36,981 bases of DNA, from assembly GCA_017505625.1 (NCBI GenBank), contig JAFVOW010000102.1, positions 1 to 36,981 of the forward strand. Direction: 5' to 3'. Below the pieces are notes generated by a model, which saw only the letters and a program-made list of their open reading frames with translations, did no database searches and had not been told where the DNA came from. This stretch comes from Clostridia bacterium (lineage in GTDB: Bacteria > Bacillota > Clostridia > Christensenellales > Borkfalkiaceae). Positions 8,901 through 16,774 of the stretch are shown here, one piece after another; position 1 is the stretch's first letter; every line of letters starts with the position of its first letter. A program made the translations under genes and the position numbers.

Positions 8901-9799
8901 AACATTCCTACCTTTAAATTTTGAATAATTCTGCTAGTCAATCTCTCTCCGTTTCCCTCGCCCACAAAACTATTGTGTGGGGTGACGATAACGTTTTCCT
9001 TTTGCCATAAAGGACTGCTATTAGAAAGCGGTTCTTCATTAAAAACGTCTAGCACTGCACCGTAAAGCTTAGCATCAAGTGCTTCTAACATTGCATTTTC
9101 TTCTACAACTTGTCCTCGTGCAATATTAACTAAAATGCTTCCGTCTTTCATTTGACTAAATCTAGTTCTATCAAAAAGACCTTTAGTTAACTCGGTAAGT
9201 GGCAAAGTTAAAACTACTACGTCTGCGATATTTAATGCCTTATCGATATCGTTAATTTTATAAACTTTTCCAATTACGTCGTCTTGTCTTTCTTCTAGGT
9301 CGACGCCAATTAAATTAGTTCCAAAAGCCTTAAACCTTTTAGCACACTCTAAGCCGACGTTACCACAGCCGACGATTAAAACGGTTTTACCGTAAAGTTC
9401 AAAAATCTCTCTTTGCTTATCCCATTTGTTTTGGCTTTGGTTAGCGTTAAAAGTTTTTGCTTTTTTATATAAACTTAAAACTCCCCAAACGGCATATTCC
9501 GCCATAGGAATAGAATATACTCCACGTGCGTTAAAAATCTTTATACCACGTGAATTTATTTTATCCATTGGTACACGGTCAAACCCTGCACTTGTAAGCT
9601 GTACGTATTTAAGCGAAGAAAACTCGTCTATATCGTGATATAAAAACAGACCGTTGCAAATTACACCTTCAATATCAATAGGACTGCAAGGCAACTCGTC
9701 CTTTTCGTTTTGCATAAAAACTACGTCGTGACCGAGTGTTTTTAAGTTATTTAGTTGTTCGCTTGCGTTTCCCCAAGCACCCGTAACCAGTAGTTTCAC
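8897..9799 (-). CDS. D-isomer-specific 2-hydroxyacid dehydrogenase, NAD-binding
   Basis: 300 aa. Motifs seen are the Rossmann VGCGNVGLECAKRFKAFGTNLIGVDL, NIARGQVVEENAMLEAL, LDVFNEEPL and TPHNS, the family catalytic layout. The start is GTG and overlaps the upstream TAG by 1 nt. Confidence 0.85.
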   Translation of the reverse strand: MKLLVTGAWGNASEQLNNLKTLGHDVVFMQNEKDELPCSPIDIEGVICNGLFLYHDIDEFSSLKYVQLTSAGFDRVPMDKINSRGIKIFNARGVYSIPMAEYAVWGVLSLYKKAKTFNANQSQNKWDKQREIFELYGKTVLIVGCGNVGLECAKRFKAFGTNLIGVDLEERQDDVIGKVYKINDIDKALNIADVVVLTLPLTELTKGLFDRTRFSQMKDGSILVNIARGQVVEENAMLEALDAKLYGAVLDVFNEEPLSNSSPLWQKENVIVTPHNSFVGEGNGERLTSRIIQNLKVGML

Positions 9800-10797
9800 T
9801 AACAGTTTTCCTCTTTTTTTATTAATTTATTTTTTATCGTTTGAATTAATTTACCTACACCCCAATAAATTAACTTGCAAACGTAATGTAATATTGTCGC
9901 AGCGACTAATATACTTGCCGTTATCACTATCCAATTTATCGGGAAAGAGAAATACTTCTTTAGCACGGCTATAATTACGTATTGTACAACGTATATTTCT
10001 AGAGTTAATTTAGCAAGGTACGATAAACAACTTTTAATTACCTTAGGCAATCTTTCAAGTTTTTTATCGATTGAAGCAAAAGTCCAAAACACAAAAAACA
10101 ATAATGCGAAAGTTAATACTTGACTTATTATTTGAAACGGTGCAAGAACGGTATGTTTACTAAAAATAAGCTTAACTACAAAGCACAAAACGAAAAGCAC
10201 TACCGTAATTACTGGTATATACCAGTGAAACTTATTACGAAATCTTTCGTCGTTATACTTAAAGTATCCACCAAGGAGCATACTTTCAAAAAACAAGAAC
10301 CTTATCATCCACTCGTTTACGTTGTCGATATGATAACGACTTTTATCGTAGAAGAATAAGTAAAGGATTATATACGCTAATGCAACGATACCTGAGATTA
10401 AAGGAATTCTCTTTTTAAGCGGTTCGTATCTTCCAACGAAATAAAACGGAATATATAACAGCATTATAGAAGCTACAAAATGATAGTTGGTGGGGTAAAT
10501 AAACCACCACACAAACCCCGTTTTGTCAAACGTATAATACCCAAACGCAAAATAAACTAAGGTTATTAAAACTACGGGTAGATAAATTCTCCAAATTCTT
10601 TTACCGTACCAAAGGGGAAAACTTTTTTTAACGCTTAAAAGACAATACCCCGAAACGGCAAAGAAAATTACGTCACCTAAAAGACCACCTTTAGCGATAA
10701 TGTCTGTAGGATATATTCCTGTATAATGAGAATTGGTTATTAAGCACGTAGCAAGTGCTCTTAAAAACACTACAAAAAAAACTATTTTTTTATCCAA
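9799..10797 (-). CDS. Membrane O-acyltransferase (acyltransferase family 3)
   Basis: 332 aa with about 10 hydrophobic helices. The N-terminal FLRALATCLITNSH resembles the lRalA...H motif of Acyl_transf_3. The start is TTG (no in-frame ATG nearby) and overlaps the upstream gene by 8 nt. Confidence 0.7.
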   Translation of the reverse strand: MDKKIVFFVVFLRALATCLITNSHYTGIYPTDIIAKGGLLGDVIFFAVSGYCLLSVKKSFPLWYGKRIWRIYLPVVLITLVYFAFGYYTFDKTGFVWWFIYPTNYHFVASIMLLYIPFYFVGRYEPLKKRIPLISGIVALAYIILYLFFYDKSRYHIDNVNEWMIRFLFFESMLLGGYFKYNDERFRNKFHWYIPVITVVLFVLCFVVKLIFSKHTVLAPFQIISQVLTFALLFFVFWTFASIDKKLERLPKVIKSCLSYLAKLTLEIYVVQYVIIAVLKKYFSFPINWIVITASILVAATILHYVCKLIYWGVGKLIQTIKNKLIKKEENC

Positions 10798-11623
10798 TTT
10801 TTTCTAAAACTTTTTTTACTGCGATTTTAAGTTCAGTAAGGTTTTCCTTAAAATCTATTTTACCGTTTTCGCAGTCTTTTTGAAATGCGATAATTTCCTT
10901 CATGCCACTATCAAAGATTTTTTTAATTTCATTTAGGTCTGTTATAACCAAAGTGTTACAAAAACTTCTAGATAGTATTGCTGAAGTTGAACCTAGTCTA
11001 TGGTGTTCTGCTATAACTCGTTCGGCAGGGAGAAGCCCTTTGCCTAATGCGGCGATACCGCCAAATCCGTACGGAACACCTCTTGCCCTAAATTTGTTGC
11101 AAAGTTTTTCTACAGTGCCGTCGGCGAGAAGTTGAAACATAAACTTCATACCGTAGCCAAGACTTAAGTCGTTAAGTCCTATAAAAATCTCGTCAATACC
11201 GTCAAGTTCTAAAATATCATTAATGCAATCTACAGCTTCTGGAGTTTCTACAAGCGGTAAGGTTTTTGCTCTACCGTCTACTAAGCGAATAAATTCCTTA
11301 ACTTCTTCCACCGTCTTAAAGTAAGGTAGCATTATAATATCCGCCCCGGCCTCTATAATTTCGTCGATTTCTTGTTTAGAAGAACAATACTTGTCCGTTT
11401 CTTCGTGAATAGGATTACACCTTGCAACGACCTTAGCTTTAGAAAGAATCTCTTTCATTTTTTTTACGTCTTTAGGTGTGTGATGGCTTTGCACGGTATC
11501 CATACCGCCTTGCCTATCACTTTTCCCGATATACTCCATATCGACGAATATTCTATCAACCCCACTTGCTTCAGCAATTAACGCAACTTCGGGTTGATTT
11601 GTTATGTACATTAGTTTAAGCAT
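10790..11623 (-). CDS. HpcH/HpaI aldolase / citrate-lyase-like TIM-barrel protein
   Basis: 277 aa. GVDRIFVDMEYIGK, IIMLPYFKTVEEV, and especially PLVETPEAVDCINDILELDGIDEIFIGLNDLSLGYG match the iEt.eav.n...i....gvD.lfiG..DLs..lG core of the family. It overlaps the upstream gene by 8 nt. Confidence 0.55.
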   Translation of the reverse strand: MLKLMYITNQPEVALIAEASGVDRIFVDMEYIGKSDRQGGMDTVQSHHTPKDVKKMKEILSKAKVVARCNPIHEETDKYCSSKQEIDEIIEAGADIIMLPYFKTVEEVKEFIRLVDGRAKTLPLVETPEAVDCINDILELDGIDEIFIGLNDLSLGYGMKFMFQLLADGTVEKLCNKFRARGVPYGFGGIAALGKGLLPAERVIAEHHRLGSTSAILSRSFCNTLVITDLNEIKKIFDSGMKEIIAFQKDCENGKIDFKENLTELKIAVKKVLEKIG

Positions 11624-12275
11624 TTGAATCTTTGTCCTCTTCAGTAGCTACTACATTTTCAGCCGTTTGCGGGCCTTTTACCGTAGCACCGACGTTTTCG
11701 TTGTTTGCGTTAGTAAACACTTTTCCTATGGTCTTGAAAAATATTTTTAAGTCTAACCAAAAAGAAAGATGCTCTACGTACCAAACGTTAAGTTCGATTC
11801 GCCTATTCCACTCAACTTCTTTTCTTCCGTTAACTTGTGCCCAACCGGTAATTCCCGGACGAACGTTGAACATTTTCTTTTGTTCGTCGGTGTATTGGTC
11901 GTAAGGCCAAGGATGATAAGTTAGAGGCGGGCGTGGACCTATTAAAGACATGTCACCTTTAAGCAAATTAAAAAACTGAGGTAATTCATCTAAAGACGTT
12001 GCACGCAAAAATTTACCTACTTTAGTAACACGTGCATCACCTTTACCAGAATACACCCCACTTCCCATTTTTTCCGCACCGACACACATCGAACGGAATT
12101 TATAGATATTGTACACTTTTCCTTTTTTGCCGATTCGTTGTTGTTTAAAAATAATCGGACCCTTAGAAGTTACTTTTACTAAGAAGGCGATAATAAGTAA
12201 AATCGGAGAACATACGATTAAACCGATAAGCGAAACGAAAATATCAAAAAATCTTTTTAAAAAATACTTATACAT
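11616..12275 (-). CDS. Initiating phosphoglycosyl transferase (bacterial sugar transferase, small monotopic PglC/WbaP-C type)
   Basis: 219 aa. It has a single N-terminal hydrophobic helix (FFDIFVSLIGLIVCSPILLIIAFLV), then KGPIIFKQQRIGKKGKVYNIYKFRSM, DELPQFFNLLKGDMSLIGPRPP and RPGITGWAQVNGR, which are textbook PF02397 motifs. It is the first gene after a promoter. Confidence 0.9.
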   Translation of the reverse strand: MYKYFLKRFFDIFVSLIGLIVCSPILLIIAFLVKVTSKGPIIFKQQRIGKKGKVYNIYKFRSMCVGAEKMGSGVYSGKGDARVTKVGKFLRATSLDELPQFFNLLKGDMSLIGPRPPLTYHPWPYDQYTDEQKKMFNVRPGITGWAQVNGRKEVEWNRRIELNVWYVEHLSFWLDLKIFFKTIGKVFTNANNENVGATVKGPQTAENVVATEEDKDSNA

Positions 12276-12303
12276 ACAATTTGCCTATTTTATAATATAT
12301 AAT

Positions 12304-12332
12304 ATTATAACTCTATAATACTTAAAAGTCAA
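12304..12332 (-). promoter_or_regulatory. Sigma-A type promoter for the PGT-to-GT2 operon
   Basis: The minus strand reads TTGACT (12332-12327), a 17-nt spacer, then TATAAT (12309-12304). This lies about 30 nt upstream of the ATG at 12275. Confidence 0.55.
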
Positions 12333-12490
12333 TGCGCAAGTGAAACTTTTATCAAAAACATCCTTTTGCACCTTTTAAATCTTACTTTTTTGTCTATTTT
12401 TGGCTAATTTTTAGTGTTTTTTGCAATATCTTTAGCCAATTTATCGAAAAAAATATTTAACTAAAATCCTAACTTAATAAGTATATAAAC

Positions 12491-12534
12491 AAAAAACAAA
12501 ACCCTTCTCTAAACTATTCGAGAGAAGGGTTTTT
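12491..12534 (-). terminator. Rho-independent terminator after wzx (hairpin is flanked by A/T runs on both sides)
   Basis: A 9-bp stem, cccttctct (12502-12510) paired with agagaaggg (12521-12529), with a 10-nt loop. The minus-strand tail is ttttgtttttt. It lies about 35 nt after the wzx stop. Confidence 0.75.
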
Positions 12535-12563
12535 GGCTTATTTAACTTAAAACTACCAAAATT

Positions 12564-14039
12564 CTAACTATTTTCAGGATGTTTTGATTTTCTATTAATC
12601 TTATTTTTTAATGCTGAAAACAACGACATTACAGCTTGATTTTTTAGAATTATCGAGAGAACTAGGTATAATATAACCGAAAGAACAACCGATACTATAA
12701 CATATAAAATCATATTCGAGAACAAGTATTTGCTAGCCAAAACGACAGGAATAATTACCAAACTAGCTATAATACTTTTTATTAACGTTTTAACCGTTCC
12801 CTTTGTATTTACATATTTTCTTCCCTTAAAATAACACATTAAGAAAGCTACTAACTCTGCAATCAAAGTCGTAAAAGCCGCTGCTTCTACACCATAAAAT
12901 GGTATTAAAATAAAATTCAACCCTACGTTGACTATTGCACTAATAATTGTAACAATAAGGTAAAAATTTTCTTCTTTTTGCGGTATTAAAACAGCATGTC
13001 CCCAAAAGTATCCGCCCAAACAAAAGATAATGGCTACACTTAGAATAATAAAACTCGGAACGGCGGATATGTAATCTGTACCAGAAAGTAAAGTTATTAT
13101 CTCTTCACTTAAAGCGATAAGTCCAATAATCGTAGGAATAACCACAATTAAGGTGGTGTGCAAAATAGTTGATGCAGTATTGGAAATTTCTTCGCTGTCA
13201 TTTTTCCCTAGAAGCATAGCCATTCTAGGAATAGAAACCACTATCGCCGAAAATAAAACACTTTTTACGATTGCATAAATTTTATGCGAAACGGCATATA
13301 TTCCCACCGAATACTCACCGCATATAAAACCCAACACCACGGTATCCGAACTCGTGTAAATAGTAATTGAAGCGATAGAAACAAATAAAATTAAAATGGG
13401 TTTTAAGTGAGTTTTTAATTCCAAATTAAATGTAAATTTGATTTTACAATATTTTCTTGCAACAAAAAAATTTATGAGATTTGAAACGGCAATAACACTT
13501 GCGGTAATAATACAATAAATAACAACGTCGTTAGAATCTTTAATAAAAACGAACATTGCAATTATTGCTAGCAGTTGAAATATAATACTCCTGACCGTAA
13601 CGAACAAAAAGTCCTCGTAAATAGAGAAAACCCAATTTACCCCTATAGTTAGAAAAGCCACCTGTGTAGATAAAATTAAAAGAGGCAAGGTGTATTCTTG
13701 AAACTTGGGAACTAACAATAAAAGAACTGCCAAAATAGCGTAGGCAAACACTGAAGATAATACGTTTATAGAAAATACTTGACTTGCAAGTTGTCCGATT
13801 TTTAGTTTATCTTCTCTAACTTTAGCTCCTTCTCTTATAGCATACGTTTCTATACCAAGACCTGCAATAAGAACAATATACGCAATTACAGCCGTTGCAA
13901 AATTATACTGTCCTAAAGACTCAACTCCTAACGTTCTAGACACGTATGGAAAAGATATTAAAGGAAAAACAACTGCCATAAGATTTTTTATGGCGTTTAG
14001 AAGCATATTAAGTTTTAAGGACTTGTTTTCTTTACCCAT
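12564..14039 (-). CDS. wzx: Wzx-type oligosaccharide flippase (MOP superfamily, polysaccharide biosynthesis protein)
   Basis: 491 aa with about 12-14 hydrophobic helices. The N-terminal NAIKNLMAVVFPLISFPYVSRTLGVESLGQYNFA is typical of PF01943 flippases. Locus context supports the call. Confidence 0.8.
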   Translation of the reverse strand: MGKENKSLKLNMLLNAIKNLMAVVFPLISFPYVSRTLGVESLGQYNFATAVIAYIVLIAGLGIETYAIREGAKVREDKLKIGQLASQVFSINVLSSVFAYAILAVLLLLVPKFQEYTLPLLILSTQVAFLTIGVNWVFSIYEDFLFVTVRSIIFQLLAIIAMFVFIKDSNDVVIYCIITASVIAVSNLINFFVARKYCKIKFTFNLELKTHLKPILILFVSIASITIYTSSDTVVLGFICGEYSVGIYAVSHKIYAIVKSVLFSAIVVSIPRMAMLLGKNDSEEISNTASTILHTTLIVVIPTIIGLIALSEEIITLLSGTDYISAVPSFIILSVAIIFCLGGYFWGHAVLIPQKEENFYLIVTIISAIVNVGLNFILIPFYGVEAAAFTTLIAELVAFLMCYFKGRKYVNTKGTVKTLIKSIIASLVIIPVVLASKYLFSNMILYVIVSVVLSVILYLVLSIILKNQAVMSLFSALKNKINRKSKHPENS

Positions 14040-14057
14040 AATAATAAAACTTTTTCC

Positions 14058-14762
14058 TTAAATAAGATTACGAATTTTTTTTATTGCACTAAAAACAACC
14101 CTTTCAAAGACGTTATATCTATCTTTAATTACCGCCTTTCTCTCAATATTGCTTAAAGTTTCCCCTTCTTTTGTCTCGCTAACTCCGCCGTCTAAAAATT
14201 CACAGAAAATTTTATCACAGTGATAAAATTTAGCGCCGTTAATTTTAGCATCCAAGAAAAACTTCCAGTCTGAAGCAATTTTAAGAGTATCGTCATAGCA
14301 ACCTATTTTTTCAAACAAATCTTTTGAAATAAAAGATGCTTGATGACAAATTGTTCCGCTATAAAAAAACCTTTTGCTAGGTTTTGAAAGATATTTATAT
14401 TCACCACAAGATTTTGAATATCGGTTACCGTATATTATATCTGCGTTAACACCCTCTAATTCCTTTGCAACGTAGGACAAAATATCGTTAGAATAGAACT
14501 TGTCCCCGCAATTCATAAAAATAAGATATTTGCCTTTTGCCTCGTAAATGGCTTGATTCATCGCATCATATATGCCCTTGTCTTTCTTGCAAACAACTTT
14601 TATCCTATCATCTTTGGGAATTTTTTCTAAAGTTTTATCTTTTGACTCGCCGTCCTTAACTATTATTTCAAAATCTTTATACGTCTGACCTAATACTGAA
14701 TTTAAGGTGTCTAATATTAAATTTTCGGCATTTAATGCAACTGTTATTATTGAAAACAACAT
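14058..14762 (-). CDS. Glycosyltransferase family 2, WcaE-like short form
   Basis: 234 aa. SIITVALNAENLILDTLNSV...FEIIVKDGESKDKT...GIYDAMNQAIYEAKGKYLIFMNCGDKF parallels my recollection of E. coli WcaE (SIITVA...FEWIVVDGGSNDGT...GIYDAMNKGI...GKF..FLNSGD). An AAGGAG SD site lies upstream. Confidence 0.85.
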   Translation of the reverse strand: MLFSIITVALNAENLILDTLNSVLGQTYKDFEIIVKDGESKDKTLEKIPKDDRIKVVCKKDKGIYDAMNQAIYEAKGKYLIFMNCGDKFYSNDILSYVAKELEGVNADIIYGNRYSKSCGEYKYLSKPSKRFFYSGTICHQASFISKDLFEKIGCYDDTLKIASDWKFFLDAKINGAKFYHCDKIFCEFLDGGVSETKEGETLSNIERKAVIKDRYNVFERVVFSAIKKIRNLI

Positions 14763-14788
14763 GCGTTTCTCCTTAAAACAAATGGGGT

Positions 14789-15766
14789 TTACCTGATTTT
14801 CTTTCCTTTACGTATCTTAGCCTTCATAATAATAGGCTTAACCAAAAAATAAACCTTAATTCGCAAAAAGATATATTTTAATTTTTCCGCTCTTCCTAAA
14901 AACTGTTTTAAAGGCTTAATTTCTTTTATAATTTTTGCGTATAGTTTTTTATAGCGTTTTCTAGTTTTTCTATTTGCTAAATTTATTAAAATACAAACGT
15001 CCATCAACTTTCTAACGTAGAAGCTTTCGGCGTTATCTTTTAATGAAGGATATTTTTCCAACACGAATTCTTTAATCGCTTTTGCGTGTTTTACAACCAC
15101 AAGCTTGCCTTCGTTAAAACTTGTAGAAGTAATGCTATTTTTATGATGAACGTAGTTATAAAATCTTTCAGCAACGAAACTAATCTTTTCTGCTTTTGAA
15201 AAGAGAAGATGAATAACACCAGCATCCTCGTTAATTTCGCCTATAGGAAAACCAATTCCGTCAAACAGGGTTTTGCAAAAAATTTTATCGCAACAAGAAA
15301 CGTCGCACTCTTTTTCACAAAGCAGTTTTATAAGCGCATTTTCCGCTTTTACCGTCTCGGTTTGTAACGGGCATAGCCCCGCCACTTTTTTTTCACCATA
15401 TATATCGAATCTTCCACAGCAACAAATTTGTGAACCGTCATTTTGCATTTTATTTATCATTTTTTCAATCATTAACGGTTCAATTAAATCGTCGCTATCA
15501 ACAAATCCCAAATATTCTCCGTGAGAATTCTCAATACCAGCGTTTCTTGCAGAACTTAGACCACCGTTCTCTTTATGGATTACAGCGATACGCTCATCTT
15601 TTAATTTATATTTATCGCAAATTTGTCCAGAATTGTCCGTAGAACCATCGTCAACCAACACAATTTCTAGGTTTTTGTAAGACTGAACCAAAATCGATTC
15701 AACACAACGCTCTAAATATTTTTCTACGTTATAGACAGGAACTATTAACGATACCTTTGGTGTCAT
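14789..15766 (-). CDS. Glycosyltransferase family 2
   Basis: 325 aa. VSLIVPVYNVEKYLERCVESILVQSYKNLEIVLVDDGSTDNSGQICD...HKENGGLSSARNAGI...FVDSDD. An AGGAG SD site precedes it, and it is the first gene after a promoter. Confidence 0.9.
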   Translation of the reverse strand: MTPKVSLIVPVYNVEKYLERCVESILVQSYKNLEIVLVDDGSTDNSGQICDKYKLKDERIAVIHKENGGLSSARNAGIENSHGEYLGFVDSDDLIEPLMIEKMINKMQNDGSQICCCGRFDIYGEKKVAGLCPLQTETVKAENALIKLLCEKECDVSCCDKIFCKTLFDGIGFPIGEINEDAGVIHLLFSKAEKISFVAERFYNYVHHKNSITSTSFNEGKLVVVKHAKAIKEFVLEKYPSLKDNAESFYVRKLMDVCILINLANRKTRKRYKKLYAKIIKEIKPLKQFLGRAEKLKYIFLRIKVYFLVKPIIMKAKIRKGKKIR

Positions 15767-15827
15767 TTAAGATTTCTCCTTTTGGGGCAAAACCATGAAA
15801 ACAATTATCATAATTTGCCATGTTAAC

Positions 15828-15856
15828 ATTATACAACATCTTTTAGACAATGTAAA
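15828..15856 (-). promoter_or_regulatory. Sigma-A type promoter for the GT2-GT2-wzx operon
   Basis: The minus strand reads TTTACA (15856-15851), a 17-nt spacer, then TATAAT (15833-15828). The leader to the ATG at 15766 is about 55 nt and carries an AAAGGAG SD site. Confidence 0.55.
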
Positions 15857-15889
15857 GTTTTACTAAAACGTTAGTAATAAATTTTAATA

Positions 15890-15918
15890 TTGACATTTTA
15901 CGGTTAGTAAATTATAAT
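15890..15918 (+). promoter_or_regulatory. Consensus sigma-A promoter for the SDR gene
   Basis: Perfect TTGACA (15890-15895), exactly 17 nt of spacer, then perfect TATAAT (15913-15918). AAGGGAGG at 15938-15945 lies 6 nt before the ATG at 15952. Confidence 0.7.
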
Positions 15919-15951
15919 ATTGTTAATAATATAAACATAAGGGAGGTTATC

Positions 15952-16716
15952 ATGGGAAGACTTGACGGAAAAGTAGCAATTATCACAGGTGGAAATTCTG
16001 GCGTTGGAGAAGCAACTGCAGAACTTTTTGCAAAAGAAGGCGCAAAGGTAGTTATTACTGCTAGACGTGTAGAAAAACTAGAAGCCGTTGCCAATAAAAT
16101 TCGTGAAAATGGTGGCGAAGCTTACGCCATTCCTTGCGACGTTTCAGACGTTAACGCAGTAAACGATATGGTAGCAAAAACGGTAGAAAAATACGGCAAA
16201 ATAGACGTTCTCGTTAACAACGCAGGCGTTTTAGAAGAAGGCTTAAAACCAATAGACGTTTGTGAGGACAAAGATTTAGAATACGTTTTAGGCATCAACA
16301 CCAAAGGTTGTTTATACTGCACTCGTGCAGTAGTTAAAGAAATGATAAAAAACAACACAGGCTCTATTATTAATCTTGACTCTGTTGCAGGTGCGTTCGG
16401 GACGGGCGGTGCTTCTTACGTAACGAGTAAAGCAGCAGTTATCGGTTTAACCAAGCATACGGCGTTAAGATTTACGGGAACGGGTATTCGTTGTAACTCT
16501 GTAAACCCTAGCACTATAGTTACCCCAATGACTATGACGACCGACCCCAAAACCCTAAACCCCAATATGATGGGACAAATGAACAAGCACATGAACTTAT
16601 CGGTTCAGCCTTGTATGCCCATAGACGTTGCGAACATTTTATTGTTCTTAGCAAGCGATGAATCCCGTGCTATCACCGGTCAAGTAATAGTATCAGACTT
16701 CGGTGCAACACTTTAA
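15952..16716 (+). CDS. Short-chain dehydrogenase/reductase (classical SDR, FabG-like)
   Basis: 254 aa. TGGNSGVGEATA (TGxxxGxG), NNAG and the S...YVTSKAAV (YxxxK) catalytic set are present. This is the only plus-strand gene in the window. Confidence 0.9.
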   Translation: MGRLDGKVAIITGGNSGVGEATAELFAKEGAKVVITARRVEKLEAVANKIRENGGEAYAIPCDVSDVNAVNDMVAKTVEKYGKIDVLVNNAGVLEEGLKPIDVCEDKDLEYVLGINTKGCLYCTRAVVKEMIKNNTGSIINLDSVAGAFGTGGASYVTSKAAVIGLTKHTALRFTGTGIRCNSVNPSTIVTPMTMTTDPKTLNPNMMGQMNKHMNLSVQPCMPIDVANILLFLASDESRAITGQVIVSDFGATL

Positions 16717-16734
16717 TAAAATTAAAACAAAACT

Positions 16735-16768
16735 AAAAACGAGCAAGTAAATAACTTGCTCGTTTTTT
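16735..16768. terminator. Bidirectional rho-independent terminator between convergent genes
   Basis: A 9-bp stem, cgagcaagt (16740-16748) paired with acttgctcg (16754-16762), with a 5-nt loop. It is flanked by aaaaa upstream and tttttt downstream, so it can serve both the SDR (+) and the dipeptidase operon (-). Confidence 0.8.
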
Positions 16769-16774
16769 AAGTTT

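Noticed and set aside
10790-11623. Reading the TIM-barrel gene as a PEP mutase (phosphonate decoration of the polysaccharide)
   Set aside because: The 277-aa length and the ETPEAV...GIDEIFIGLNDLS core fit HpcH/HpaI-type aldolases better. No phosphonopyruvate decarboxylase or AEP transaminase partner is present.
12329-12361. 10-codon mini-ORF (MFLIKVSLAH) with an AAAGG upstream in the 288-nt spacer
   Set aside because: It lies upstream of, and overlaps, the predicted -35 box. It would therefore not be on the operon transcript, and it is too short to support from sequence alone.
15729-15821. 30-codon upstream ORF (MANYDNCFHGFAPKGEILND...) overlapping the start of the first GT2 gene
   Set aside because: Its ATG sits about 7 nt after the predicted -10 box, so essentially at the transcription start. 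It has no SD site, and there is no evidence beyond an open frame.
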